This document shows positions 36,013 through 50,440 of a stretch of 64,000 nt of DNA, in pieces. Both the position numbers and the translations under genes were made by a program. The notes under the pieces were generated by a model. That model worked only from the letters and a program-made list of their open reading frames with translations. It was not told the DNA's origin and made no database searches. Source of the stretch: Octopus sinensis (taxonomy: Eukaryota). Each line of letters opens with the position of its first letter. Within the stretch, counting starts at the first letter, position 1. The stretch covers positions 126,170,001 to 126,234,000 of the forward strand of contig NC_042997.1 of NCBI RefSeq assembly GCF_006345805.1. Direction: 5' to 3'.

Positions 36013-37966
36013 TATATCTGCACTGAGAAAAATAATGAATCATTATGTTTACAAATCTATTAGTATATAACTTATTTTGAGTTACTGTTTTGGCCTTAAG
36101 GCTTGGTCTTCTCTCTGCACCTGATATAGAAGTTCCTTCATTAACTAATGTGTCTTAAGCTTACATGTATTCAGGATTTTTGAGACAGGTAAACTACCTA
36201 CCTTTTCTGACTTTGTACTGTTGGTTGGTTCTTCACAGAGCTATGTTATAATTGCCGTAATATTGTGAGGTCCTTCTTTTGACCAGTGTCATGACTACAC
36301 TAACATAACGAGTTTACGTAATTAATGGTTGTCTGTAAAAAGTAAGAAATCAATAAAATCAGTCACTATGATTGGTCAAAGGTGATCCTTTTCTGATTAA
36401 TAACAATCCTTTGAGAGATGATGGTCAAATACCTTACAGTACAATAAATGTCAACAGGTGCCATTTATCTACTTGAAGACTTTAATGAAATCTCCAGAGG
36501 CCATTTGAAGTTTGAACAAAGAATGATGACTGTCTTATCAAAGAAATACTTCATCATAGGTTGATAATGATGTAAGAATTCTTGAGAGAGAGTATGGAAT
36601 GGAATGGGGAAGTAAACCATTATACCTTCATACCTGTTACTACCACTTCTACCACCTAAACTGAGAATGTTGGTATTATGTGTAACTTATATGTATGGAA
36701 ATGTGTATATGGTGTATGAATATAACAATAAACTGTATTGAAAGAAACCAGGAGCTTTAAAAAAAATAAAATAGGAAAAGTATTATCTACTAAAAAATAC
36801 TAAATTATTCTTAAAACATTGGAACCTATGTAACTGAGTTCTGCAGGAAATTATTAAAGCGGTGTTTATGGAAAAAAAAAAAAAAACATATTTATAATAA
36901 AAATATTCCAACACATTGTTTAAATTGTTTGTTTATTTCAAAGTTGAATGCTTTGAATAGAGAAGAATGGATTTTTACTTGTAGATTTTGTTCTAAAGAG
37001 ATGATCATTGTTGATCAGGTCTCTGACCTGATCAAGTAGTCTTATGATCAAAAGAATTCCAGCTGTGACCACCCCTGGCTCATCCTACTTTTTTATAAAG
37101 ACAGCAGAATGTGATTGAGAAGAGCAAAATTTGGCTGCTATTTTTAAGAGCTTGAGGCTTCTTTATTGATGTTGATAGTTTTGGCAGTTACTTGTGAATA
37201 GTTGAGGATGGATTACTGTTGACAATTTAACTGTTTATTTTTTTCAGAAAATTGCTAGACTCTATTTTTATTCTCTATTCTGCAAGATATATTTGAGTCA
37301 GAAGTGATTCACTTTTGAATGGAGTCCAAGACTGTTCTAAACACCAAGATGAGTGGTTGGCTGGAATAAATATTTGATATTGAAGCATACACTCTTTACT
37401 CTTTTACTTGTTTTAGTCATTTGACTGTGGGGAATTTTGAAGGAGATGAACTTTATGCATACAATGTGGAGCTGGATGCAAAAGAAGGGAAGTATATGTG
37501 AAGGCTTTCAATGAGGGAGTACTGCTAGTAGTATATTGGGATTTTCTGGCAGTGTATCTAGGAGCACTCCGTCGGTTGTGATGACGAGGGTCCCAGCTGA
37601 TACGATCAACAGAACAGCCTGCTCGTGAAATTAACGTGCAAGTGACTGAGCAATCCACAGACACGCGTACCCCTAACGTAGTTCTCAGGAAGATTCAGCA
37701 TAACACAGAGTATGACAAGGCCAACTCTTTGAATACACAGGTACAACTCATTTTTGCCAGCTGAGTGGACTGGAGCAACGTGAAATAAAGTATCGAACTC
37801 ACAACCTTACAATCGTGAGCCGAATGCCCTAACTACTAAGCCACGTGCCTTCACATCTAGGAGTGTATCTAGGACTACATTATTCAATGTGCCTTTTACA
37901 AGATGGTAAAGTATCATTTGAGGGAAACTTGTTGCTACTTCTAGCTGGCAAGGAAACCATCTGGAG

Positions 37967-38595
37967 CAGTGGTTCCCAATGATTTTATAACTATGGACCC
38001 CTTTGATTCCTATTTTACTTGGATGGGACCCCATAGCCATTTGATGTTTAAGATGTCCTATTATATTAATTTATTGAGACTGGAGCCTGGTGCAGCCTCC
38101 TGGCTTCCCAGACCCCGGTCGAACCATCCAACCCATGCTAGCATGGAAAACGGACGTTAAACGATGATGATGATGAAGATGATGATGACTCATGAAGACC
38201 TGTTCTTCACAGCAGAAGTGTTAAAGCCATTCTTCCTGGAGAAGAGGATTGGCTTACAAGAGTCATGTGGTAGTGCCACGTAAGAAGCACTCATGCTGGT
38301 GCTACATAAAAGCAACCATGTGGGTGGCACATAAAAGCACTCATGTGGTGCCCTGTCAAAAGCACCCAACAAACACTGTATAGTGGTTGGCATTAGGAAG
38401 GGCATCAAGCTGTAGAAATGAAGCCAAATCAGACTGGCTCCTGGTACAACTCTCCAGTTTGCCAAATCTAGTGAAAACCATCCAGCTCATGCCAACATGG
38501 AAAATGGATGTTAAACGATGATGACGATGAAATTTTTGCAACGAAATCTTATGTGGATCCCCAAAGGGCATATGGATCCTCTTTGAGAACCACTG
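37967..38595. mobile_element. hAT-Charlie-like MITE with nested LINE tails
   Basis: TIRs CAGTGGTTCCCAA / TTGAGAACCACTG; flanks ATCTGGAG / ATGTAGAC resemble the NTCTAGAN target. Confidence 0.65.
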
Positions 38596-39673
38596 ATGTA
38601 GACGGTCATTTGTTACCTTGACCTTGTACAATTGCAGCTATAATTGGGGTCAGTGTGTAAGTATATATTTCTTTACTACCCACAAGGGGCTAAACATAGA
38701 GGGGACAAACAAGGACAGACAAACGGATTAAGTCGATTACATCAACCCCCAGTGCGAAACTGGTACTTTATTTATCGGCCCCGAAAGGATGAAAGGCAAA
38801 TTCGACCTCGGTGGAATTTGAACTCAGAACGTAACGACAGACGAAATACCACTAAGCATTTCGCCCGGCGCGCTAACGCTTCAGCCAGCCCGCCGCCTTG
38901 TCAGTGTGTAAGTATAATCATGGAGAAAGCAACGGTTATGTATGACCCACAGTATTCCCTTAGCCGGAGATCTGTGTTCTAATACTAAAAAGTAGGACAA
39001 GATGAACATCTAAAGGCATTATTTGGGTTAATTAATTTTCTGCCTTTATCTGTCATACATTGGCTGATTAGCAATGCTAATTGTTTTCTTTATGAAACAA
39101 ATACAATGTTAGCAACTGTTTATTGTGAGTAATTACCATTCTTAAATACTGCTAGGTCTGCATTACTGGGAGAGGCTTTCAGTTTGGTGCAATATTCTGT
39201 CACATGATTCAGTGTTTATAGGATGGTGTTAGTATTGGTACTGTTGTTGTTGTTGATGATAGTCAAGGCATTGGAGGATGTGGCTGTATTTCAGAAATGA
39301 TGGCAAAGGTGGTAATACTTGTTATGAAGCTGCTGGAGGTGAGGGTGGAGGCACTTATAATCCTGGCATTGATGAGGATTAAGACAGCTGTGGTGGTGAT
39401 GATAGAAGTGGTGGTGGTGAGGTGGTGGTGATGGTGGTGGTAGCTGAAGTATGATGGTGATGGCGGTAGTGATAGTGATGATGGCATTACTAGTGGCATT
39501 GGTGGAGGTAACAACGGGTATGGTGGTTGTAGTTGTAGCAGCAATGATGGTGGTGGCTGTGGTGTAAAGTGGTTGTTGTATTTATTTCAGTGGTGATTGC
39601 CACATTAATGACAGCGATATTTATAAAGACAACATTAGTGGTGGTGGTGGTGGTGGTAGTGGTAGTGATGATG

Positions 39674-39705
<32 letters not shown>

Positions 39706-40669
39706 GGTGGTGGTGGTGGTGGTGGTGGTGGTGATGATGGTGATGATGGTATTTCTTTTCAGTAATTAGTGTTGTGCTAATTAGACACCATTTTTACTAA
39801 AGCAGGGCAGAGTCAGAACGCCTAACTAACTGTCTTAAAGCATTTAATTTTAGTCCTCTCAAGCCTGAGTTCAGATCCTGCTTTTGTCAACTTCACTTTT
39901 AATAATCACCCTGGGACTCAATGAAATAACCACCAGCAATATTATTTTATTCTTTTATTCTTTTACTTGTTTCAGTCATTTGACTGTGGCCATGCTGGAA
40001 CACTAGCTTTAGTTGTATAAATCGACTCTAGGACTTATTCTTTATAATTCTAGTACTTATTCTATTCAACTCTTTTGCCGAACTGCTAAGTTATGGGGAC
40101 ATAAACACACTAACATCGGTTGTCAAACAGAGATACACGAATACATACATACACACATACACACATCATCATTGTTTAATGTCTGCTTTCCATGCTAGCA
40201 TGGGTTAGACGATTTTGACTGAGGACTGGCGAACCAGATGGCTGCACCAGGCTCCAATCTTGATCTGGCAGAGTTTCTACAGCTGGATGCCCTTCCTAAT
40301 GCCAACCACTCTGAGAGTGTAGTGGGTGCTTTTTACATGCCTTACATATATATATATATGCGATGGGCTTCTTTCAGTTCCTGTCTACCAAATCCACTCA
40401 CAAGGCTTTGGTCAGCCCGAGGCTATAGTAGAAGACACTTGCCCAAGGTGCCATGCAGTGGGACTGAACCCGGAACCATTTTGTTGGGAAGCAAGCTTCT
40501 TACTACATAGCCACTCTTGTACCTATGAAGTTTATTAAAACATCTGTGCCTTCCAGTACAAGATAATTGACTCTGAAGCTGAATGGTTAAAAATTTTGCT
40601 TTGTAATCCTGAGATTCCATGTTGAGGCTATTGTTTGTATATGAATTCTGCCAAATGTGAGCTTTTTTT

Positions 40670-40915
40670 TCAGGTACACGATGCTGCTGTCCCCCATCTT
40701 AGGGTCTCATGGGCCCACACCTCCGACACCCTCAGGGTTGGCACACTCAGCATGGGCACACTGAAAGGTAGGTCTGGTGAGATTGTTGAGATGCTTGAAT
40801 GGAGACGTGTAGATTTGTGCTGCATCCAAGAAGTAAGGTGGAGAGGAGGTTCCACTAGGTTTCTCACATGCAAAGAACATAGGTGCAAGATTATCGGGGC
40901 AGGGAACACTGACAC
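40670..40915 (+). mobile_element. LINE apurinic endonuclease N-terminal fragment (RTE-type)
   Basis: TLRVGTLSMGTLKGRSGEIVEMLEWRRVDLCCIQEVRWRG matches APE motifs I-II. Confidence 0.75.
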
Positions 40916-41261
40916 TTAAAAGATTTTGGTGACTGCTATATAAGTAATTCAAAATGACTTTTCCCATAACCCCCAGTTTAACCCAAACCTCATGAGTGAA
41001 TTTTTGGTAGGTAGAAACGGATAGAAGTGATTCAAAAGTCTGGCTCCCACACAGACTTTGTTACATTGATTCTACCCATGGATAAAGTTATGGGTACACA
41101 TGTCTGTGGAATACTTGGTCACTTATACAAGAATATAATGAATAGGTGAATACTCATCTTTAAGGCAGGAATGTGTGGTTAAGAAGTTTGCTACCCTGCC
41201 ACAGGGTTCTGTCCCAGCTGTGTGACACTTTCGGCTGACCATAAATTCGTCAACATTCAAT

Positions 41262-41549
41262 TCATCATCATCATCATTATCATCATCATCATCACCACCA
41301 TCACCATCATCATCATCATCATCATCATCATATCATCATCATCACCATCACCACCACCACCACTGCTGCCACCACCACCACCACCATCACCACCACCACC
41401 ACCACCACCACCACCACCACCACCACCACCACCACCACCACCACCATCACCACCACCACCACCACCACCACCACCACCACCACCACCACCACACCACCAC
41501 CACCACCACCATCACCACCACCACCATCATCGTCATCATCATCATCATC
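41262..41549. repeat. Compound (CAT)n/(CAC)n microsatellite
   Basis: Seen directly; forms the expanded tail of a LINE 3' fragment. Confidence 0.95.
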
Positions 41550-42106
41550 CAGCACCTGAAGGTTGGACAGTGTGACAGGATCTGATGAGACTAAGGACGG
41601 CATCATGTTTCCGTGTTTGCTCTGGCATGGTTTCTATGGCTGGCCGTCCTTCCTAATAACCAACCACTTTACAGCATGGGTCGGGTGCTTTTTCTATTCG
41701 ACCAGCACTAGTGAGATGACCATGCTGCTTGCAAGATTACAAAGTCTGAGTAGGGGAATTCTATGCTAGAAATTGAAGAGTAGAGAAGGGCAAATTTTGA
41801 GAGAAAACAGATGGAATGGAACAAGATCCTTGCTACGTGAATACCCGGATTTTAGAAGAAAGGCTGAGAATGATTGGGTGGAGCTAAAAAGCAATAAAAA
41901 TGGCAGTGATGAGTCGTCAACGTTAACCCTCAAAGTACCAGGAGGGTAGGAATGAGTGAAACAGAGGGGCCAGGTTTGAGTGGGAGAAGTAGGAGATGTC
42001 TAATAGTGTAGAACAGCAGAATAGCAATGATGTTAGAGTAAAGAGGAAGAGAACAAAAGAGGGATGCAATACTGTTGGGTACATTTAGATAATAATAATA
42101 ATAATA

Positions 42107-42135
<29 letters not shown>

Positions 42136-42137
<2 letters not shown>

Positions 42138-44107
42138 TTCCCCTGTGATTTCAAACTTCCTGAAGCACAATATGTTGTTGTGGAATACGAATCTCCAATT
42201 ATACCACTCTAATGGAGTACTTGCCTCAGAAAATATAAACATCAACTGTGGAATTTTTCAAGGTGACTCACTTTCACCTTTAATATTCTGCATAGCCCTA
42301 ATACCCCTTACAAGTGAATTAAACAGAACAGGGTATGGGTATAAAATTGCCAATAAAAAAATAAGCCATCTATTTTATATGGATGACTTAAAACTTTATG
42401 GTAAAGACAATAATGAACTTGAAGGCCTATTGCGCACCGTGAAAGCATTCAGCGATGACATCGGGATGGAGTTTGGACTTGAGAAGTGTGCCAAGGCCAC
42501 TTTCCAGAAAGGAAAGTGAAGACCACAAATTCAGTCGTGTTAGATGTTGACACAGTCATAAGAGAGCTTGAGCAAGAACAAACATACAAATATTTAGGGA
42601 TAAATGAAGGCTCTGGTATTCAGCATGCAAGCATGAAAGAGAAAATCAGGAAGGAATGTTATAGGAGAGTTCGTGCAGTCCTGAAATCTGAACTAAATGC
42701 ACGTAACAAGGTGTTAGCTATAAATTCCTTAGCAGTTCCAGTTGTTACTTATAGCTACAATGTGTTGAACTGGAATATGAGTGAAGTAAAGAATATAGAT
42801 AGAAAAATACGCAAGCTGCTGAGTTGTAATAGGATGCACCACCCAAAGGCAGACGTAGATCGCCTTTACCTTCCCAGAGCCCAAGGAGGTCGAGGCCTGA
42901 TCCAATTTGAACTAGCTTACGAAACAACCACAATTGGACTGGCCAAATATCTCGAAATATTGAATAACTGGATGCTAAAGCTCGTGGAAAATCACGAGAG
43001 ACGAAAGAAGCTTCATTCTATCATAAAGGAAAGCAAAAAATTTGCTATTGATCTCGTGCAGGATACCCAAATTGAACAACCCGAGGGAAGTATGGCAACT
43101 ATTGTTGCAAAGAAGGTGAAAATGATGGCAATGAAAAAAGCGCATGAGCAATTGGCTGATAGGTGGGAGGAGAAACCTCTGCACGGCAAATATGTGACCC
43201 GCAGCAAACAAGCTGATGTTGACCAGAAGCGAACCCATCAGTGGCTACGGAGCTCAGGGCTAAAAGCAGAGAGCGAAGGTTTCATCCTGGCTGCTCAAGA
43301 TCAAAGCCTATCAACCCGGAACTACCAGGCCAATGTGATGAAAAATGGAGCAGACCCAAAATGCCGATTCTGCAACGACATGATTGAAACAGTGGACCAC
43401 CTAATCTCTGGATGTAAAGTCTTAGCACCAGTGGAGTATAAATTAAGGCATGACAGAGTTGGCCAATATCTCCACTGGCTAATAAGTCGGCATTACAATA
43501 TCAAAACTGCCGACAAGTGGTATAATCACCACCCTGAGGCTGTAACTGAAGGAGAAAATGTAACCATTCTGTGGGACTTTCCAGTACATACAGACCGAAC
43601 CATCAAGGCCAATAAACCAGATATTGTTGTGAAAGACCAAAACAATAAAGTTTGCTTATTGATCGACATGAGCATCCCCTGTGATCATAATATCTCAGCG
43701 AAAGAGTTTGACAAGCTCAGAAAATATAAAGACCTACTCATTGAAATTGAGAAAATGTGGCATCTCAAGGCGGTTACAATACCAGTGATCGTAGGAGCAC
43801 TAGGAATGATCAAGAAGGGAACCGAAAATTATATGAGAATGATCCCTGGCTTACCATCCCTGCAAGAAGTGCAAAAGATTGTCTTAACTGGTACATCACA
43901 CGTATTGAGAAGAGCATTGTCGATGTGAGAACTGTTGCTGCTCATGTATTTTAATTTAACTTTAAAAAAAAAAAAAAAAAAAAAAATGAACGAACTACTG
44001 AGTTTGGTTTAATGGCCTACCAAAGTATACTATGAGTTTCTTTGCCCTAGGAGTCGGGAAGACACTCGGCAAGAAATGGAAGCAAATTTGAAAGAGGAAA
44101 AAAAAAG
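42136..44107 (+). mobile_element. 5'-truncated R4/Dong-clade non-LTR retrotransposon (RT, CCHC knuckle, restriction-like endonuclease) in (TAA)n
   Basis: GIFQGDSLSPLIF, YMDDLKLY, CRFC...ETVDHLISGC, RHD, KPDIV...LIDMSIP, K..KY; one frameshift near 42515; A-rich 3' end; (TAA)n on both flanks. Confidence 0.9.
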
Positions 44108-45595
44108 TAATAATAATAATAATAATAATGAAATTATTGTATACAGTGCTCAGGTGCACTACAACTTGTCAAAAGTGTGCATAAAACATATGCAGTAATG
44201 TACAAATGTCTGGGAAGTGAACAGTGTATGAGTCAGATACATGTTAGCGTGTGTATGGAGGGGAGAAAATCAGGTGTAGTGTTGGTGAATCTCAGGAAGT
44301 ATAGAAATTTTGAAGGATGGGGAAGAAAGAGGTAGGCATAATGTATAAAAGAGTAAAGAAAAGACCTCAACTGGTTTTCATCAACAGAATGATCTATTCA
44401 TTGAAGTTCCATAAAAGTGGCTGAGTATTCCATAGATACGTGACATAGTTCTTAGGGAGAATCATTATGGTACAATAAGTGACTAGGCAAGCTGGGAAAA
44501 TCGTTTGTTCACTGGGTGAAATGCTTAGTGGTAATTCATCTGCTCTTATGTTCTGAGTTCAAATTCCGCTGAGGTTGACTTTACCTTTCATCCTTTCAGG
44601 GTCGATTAAATAAGTACCAGTTATGCACTGGGGTTGATATAATCGACTTAATCTGTTTGTCTGTCTTCATTTGTCCCCTCTGTGTGTAGCCCCTTGTGGG
44701 CAGTAAAGAAATAAGAAATGTTAGCATGCCGGGTAAAGTGCTTAGTGGCATTTCATGTCTTTACGTTCTAAGTTCAAATTCCACCGAGGTCGACTTTGCC
44801 TTTCATCCTTTCAGGGTCGATAAATTAAGTACCAGTTGCATACTGGGGTAGATCTAATCGACTGGCCCCCTCCCCCAAAATTTCGGGCCTTGTGCCTAAA
44901 ATAGAAAAGAATATACTGTTGTGATGGTATATAGGCAACACGCAGTTGTTATGGTAAGCTATATGAAATTGCGTTAGTAGGCAATATGAAGCTGTTACAC
45001 TAGCCACTAAGCTGTTATGATTGACAATATGGCTTTGTTATAGTATGCTTTATGAGGTTGCTACAGGAGCCAATGTAGTTGCTATCATAGGTAATATAGC
45101 GTGAAGATTGGTAACACGAATTTGTCTTTTAGAAGATAATGTGAAGCTGTTGCAGTAGACAATATGGTTGGTTATGATATGCAACATGAGGTTGTTATTG
45201 CAGGCTTTCTCTTGCTATCTTTCTCTATGTATGTGTGGTTAGAAATTTGCACGCTGGGCGAAATGCTTAGCGGTATTTCGTCTGCCGTTACATTCTGAGT
45301 TCAAATTCTGCCATAGTTGACTTTGCCTTTCATCCTTTCGGGGTAGATTAAATAAGTACCAGTTACACACTGGGGTTGATGTAATTGACTTAATCCCTTT
45401 GTCTGTCCTTGTTTGTCCCCTCTGTGTTTAGCCCCTTGTGGGTAGTAAAGAAATAAGAAATTTCCTTTGCAACCATACATTTAAGTGTTCAGTTCCACTG
45501 TGTGGTACCTTGGGCAAATGTCTTCTACTACAGCCTCAGGCCAACCAAAGACTTGTGAGTGGATTTGGTAGACGGAAACTGAATGAGGGCTGTTG

Positions 45596-46605
45596 TATAC
45601 ATACCTACCTACCTACATACATACATACATACATACATTAACACACATACATGCATGCATACATACATACATACAACATACATACATACATACATACATA
45701 CATACATGCATACATAAACACACACGCATGCATACATACATACACATACATACATACATACATACATACATACATACATACATAAACACACACGCATGCA
45801 TACATACATGCATACATACATACATACATACATACATACATACATACATACATAAATACACACGCATGCATACATACATACACCCACCGACATATGTGTG
45901 TGTGTTTGTCCCCTGTCACTGCTTGACAACTGGTGTTGGTGTGTTTACATCCTCATAACTTAGTGGTTCAGCAAAAGAAACCGGTAGAATAATCACCAGG
46001 CTTAAAAAAGAGAAAATAAATACAAGATCGGGGGGTTGATTCATTCAAACAAAATTCTTCATGGTGGTGCTCCAGCATGGCCGCTGTCTAATGAAACAAG
46101 TAAAAGATAAATGATATATATGAAGTTATTAGAGAAAGCGACATCAAGTGTCGACTTAAATACCTCTAAATAGAAACCATTGCAATTATCTGAAGCACTT
46201 AGCTATACTTAACTCCATTCATTTGATACATTCATTAACTCTCCCATCACATCCACACAGCCACATTCTATCATACATACTTCTGCACGCATACATACAC
46301 ACATACGTACACACACGTACACACACGCACACACACACACAAACACATGGACACACTCACTCACGCACACATACATACACACACAAACACATGGACATAC
46401 TCACTCACGCACACACGCACACACACACACATACACACACAAACACATGCACACACTCACTCACGCACACACACACGCATCACGCACACACCTATGCACT
46501 GACATGCACTCACTTGTGCACACACTCCCATGCACTGGCACACACACACACTCCCTCTCTCCCTCTCTCTCTCTCTCACAAACACACCTGCACATTCACT
46601 CTCAT

Positions 46606-46638
<33 letters not shown>

Positions 46639-46830
46639 CTCTCTCTCCCTCTCTCTCTCATGCATACACACACATAAGCACATACAAATATATTTCCATA
46701 AATATGGACACAGATACACATGCACATACACACACACACACATGCATATATATAGATATACACATACGCATACATGCACACATACATGCACACATACATG
46801 CACACATACATACAAATATGCATACATTCA
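45596..46830. repeat. (CATA)n and (CA)n-rich tracts
   Basis: Seen directly at 45596-45885 and 46290-46830. Confidence 0.9.
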
Positions 46831-49800
46831 TACACACTGACACATAGAGTTCATGTGTATATACGCACACAGACATTGTAATATATACATATTCAGGCAT
46901 AGAGAAACAATCACACACTGCTTCAGTCATATACAAACATACCCACATACACATACACATGCACACACCCAAGCACACAGAAACACATACAGACAAACAC
47001 AAACACAAAGACACGCTCATTCCTTCAAAAAGAGGGGAAACAAAATGATCACAAACAACGAAAAAAGGATTTCTGAAGAAAAAGTCAGGGTAAGTCAAGA
47101 ATTAATCCCCTTTAATCCGTTAATCTGTATTTGAGAACATCCCAATGTTCTTAGATGTTTAAGATGAATATAGTCAGTTATTGGTGTGCCATTTTGGATT
47201 GAGAGAAAAATCATGTGAATGTTAAATTCAAGCATTATTTTAAAGCAAGTTTTAGAACAACAAAGAGCATTTACTTACAGGGAGCTGAGACCATTGAGAA
47301 TAGAATCAAATTTATTTCAAAATTTATGTTGTCTATAATTTAAAGTTTCCTCATTGAATAAGCTCAAACTTCTAGTTAATACAAACTTAATGAGAAAAGC
47401 ATGTATCAAATTTTTAGTAATTCACTAATAAACATCTATCTAGTATATAAGTGCTGTGAAACATAATTTAATTTATTTAGGTTATTTATATTAATATTAT
47501 TTATTAGAGCTATTTGTTAATTCTGTTTATTAAAAATCTTTATTAATTTTGTTTACCAAAGTTATTTAGAATGTAAATTCGTGGACTCTTTACATCATTC
47601 TTACAGAGTATGTTTACAATACTTATATCTGCATTAAGGAAGTGAGCTGCCAAAATAGTTAGCACACAGGTCAAAATGCTTAATGGCATTTCGTCCAACT
47701 TTATGTTCTGAGTTCAAATTCTGCTGAGGTTGACCTTGTTTTTCATCCTTTCAGGGTCAATTAAACACGACCCCAGTAGAACTCCGGGGTCAGTTTAATC
47801 AACTCATCCCCTCCTCCAAATCGCTGGCTTTGTGTTAAAATTTGAAATCAATATTTATATCTACATTATGCTTCAAATGGTTCTCTCTCTGACAGTCATC
47901 AGCTGTTTTATTCCTGGGTAATAAGTGTATAATTTTCAACTGCATCCCATTGTGGGGCCATGGCTTGGAAGTTCCAGGGTTTTAAGGAATATGGAACCAT
48001 TGCTTAGCCACTAATGTTCCCAAGTCCACGTTGACCCAGAGTCATCTGTCACAGTCCAAGCTGTTGGTCAATTAGCATGAAAAAGAAACCTCTGGAGGTG
48101 GGTCACTCACAGATACATCTCACAGACCCAGGGTAGATGAGGCACATCAGCTCTTCAGATGCTCGTCAGAAAAAAGATAACTCTAACCAAATTCTGCATC
48201 CTGATAACTACTGGGCTCATGGCACCTGTTGCACCAGACTAATACAATTCTGAAGAATGAGAAAGTGAGGTTGGCTCTGTCCAAGTTATGCACACTATGA
48301 TAATGAACCCCAACTGTCTTGTGGGGTAATTCATTGAGCATTTAAAAAAAGGCTAAGAGAGTAAGCCACTACAGAAAATCCAGAGGGAGGGACCCTAAGG
48401 CAGATATGTATGGTAATGCTTAACCAATATCTGGCATACATTGCAGCTCCATAAATGTTACAAAGTGGTTGAGCTCCTTTCGAATGTTGGGCCTCACAGA
48501 GGCAATGACTGAGATCTTTGGCATTATGTTATGCTTGGGAAGAAGACACACCAAGCCAAGTAAAAAAGTAGTCGTGGCAGATACCGGTGTCACGTAAATG
48601 GCACCTGTGCCAGTGGCATGTAAAAGCACCTTTTGAGCATTGGGCCTTATGGAAGCAAGGACCAAGTCCATTTGGCATTATGCTGTGCTTGAAAAGAAGA
48701 CCCATAAAGCCAAGTAAAACCACAGTCATGGCAGATACTGGTGTCATGCAAATGGCACCTGTGCCAGTGGTGCGTAAAAGCACCCATTACAGTCTCAGAG
48801 TGGTTTGCATTAGGAAGGGAATCCAGCCATAGAAACCATGCCGAAGCAGACTGGAGTCTGGTCAGACTGTCCAACCTATGCCAGCATGGACAATGGACGT
48901 TAAATGATGATGATGATATTGACTTGCTTTACCTTTGTGACTTATCCATGAGTGGAGGGGTAATAGATGTACCTGGGGCAAGGCAATTTCTTCTGGAAAG
49001 AGCCCAGTCACAGCAGAAGTGGTTCAGTTACTGTCTCTGCAATACCAGAGACATCAATAAAAATAATACCAACCAACATGGTTTCTGACTGGGCTTGAAT
49101 TATGGACCGTATAATATATTCAGGAATTAGACACCTGAGGGCAATCAAAGACTAAACCAAACAAAAGCAGTGTCATCATCATCATCATCGTCATCATCAC
49201 CATCACCATCACCATCATCATCATCATCATTGTCGTCGTCATCACCATCACCATCGTCATTGTCACCACCACCTCCGCCACCATCATCATCATTGGTTTT
49301 AATGTTCTACTTTTCCATGCATATATGGCCTGATGTAGTTAATTGAGGCAGAATTTTCTAGGGCTGGATGCCCTTCCTGTGACTACCCTTCACTTGTTTC
49401 CTGCCAAGGTAACAGTTCCCCATGGCTGGACATGTCTTTATAGCAGACTGAAAACAAGGGACTCTACTCGTATGGTGATGTTTTTGTTTTTTAATTATCG
49501 CATTATATCAAGACAAAGAGAAACAAAGATGCACACATACATACACACACACATACACACACACACACATACATACAATCTACAACTCAAGGCAGCGAGC
49601 TGGCAGAATTGTTAGCACACCAGGTGAAATGCTTAGTGGTATTTCATCTGTCTTCACATTCTGAGTTCAAATTCCGCCGAGCTCGATTTTGCTTTTCACC
49701 CTTTCGGGGTCGATAAATTAAGTACAGTTACACACTGGGGTCGATGTAATCGACTTAATCCCTTTGTCTGTCCTTGTTTGTCCCCTCTATGTGTAGCCTC

Positions 49801-50344
49801 TTGTGGGCAATGAAGAAATAATGATCTACACCTCACAGAAAATGCATGTTGAATGATGATGATGATAATACACAGGCTTCTTTCAGTTTCTATCTACCAA
49901 AGCCACTCACAAAGCTTTGGTCAGCCCGAGATTACAGTGGAAGATACTTGCCCAAGGTGTCACACAGTGGAACTGAACCCAAAACCACATGGTTCAGAAG
50001 CAAGCCCTTTATGTATACAGCCATATACATAACACAGATGAGGTAAACAATCTAAGAATTATAATCTAAATAACAATTCCTTCTAGACGTTTAGACATTT
50101 AAATTCTTTCATATTGGTAAATAATTCTTTAGCAACAGTTTGAATTCTAACTGGTAATTCAAGAAATATTGATGCTCAATCATTATTTGAAGTTTCAATT
50201 AATGTTTTATATTTCTTGTCAATAGTTTTGTGTAGTTATAACCTGAAGAGAATGTTAGATTAATGGAGAGGAAACATTTGAAAATTTTCATTGAATGACG
50301 ATGGCATTGTAACTATGGAAACAATACTAAACATTATTATTACT

Positions 50345-50440
<96 letters not shown>

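Noticed and set aside
45593-47134. HTHT/YIHT/MYVC ORFs
   Set aside because: Artefacts of CA and CATA microsatellites.
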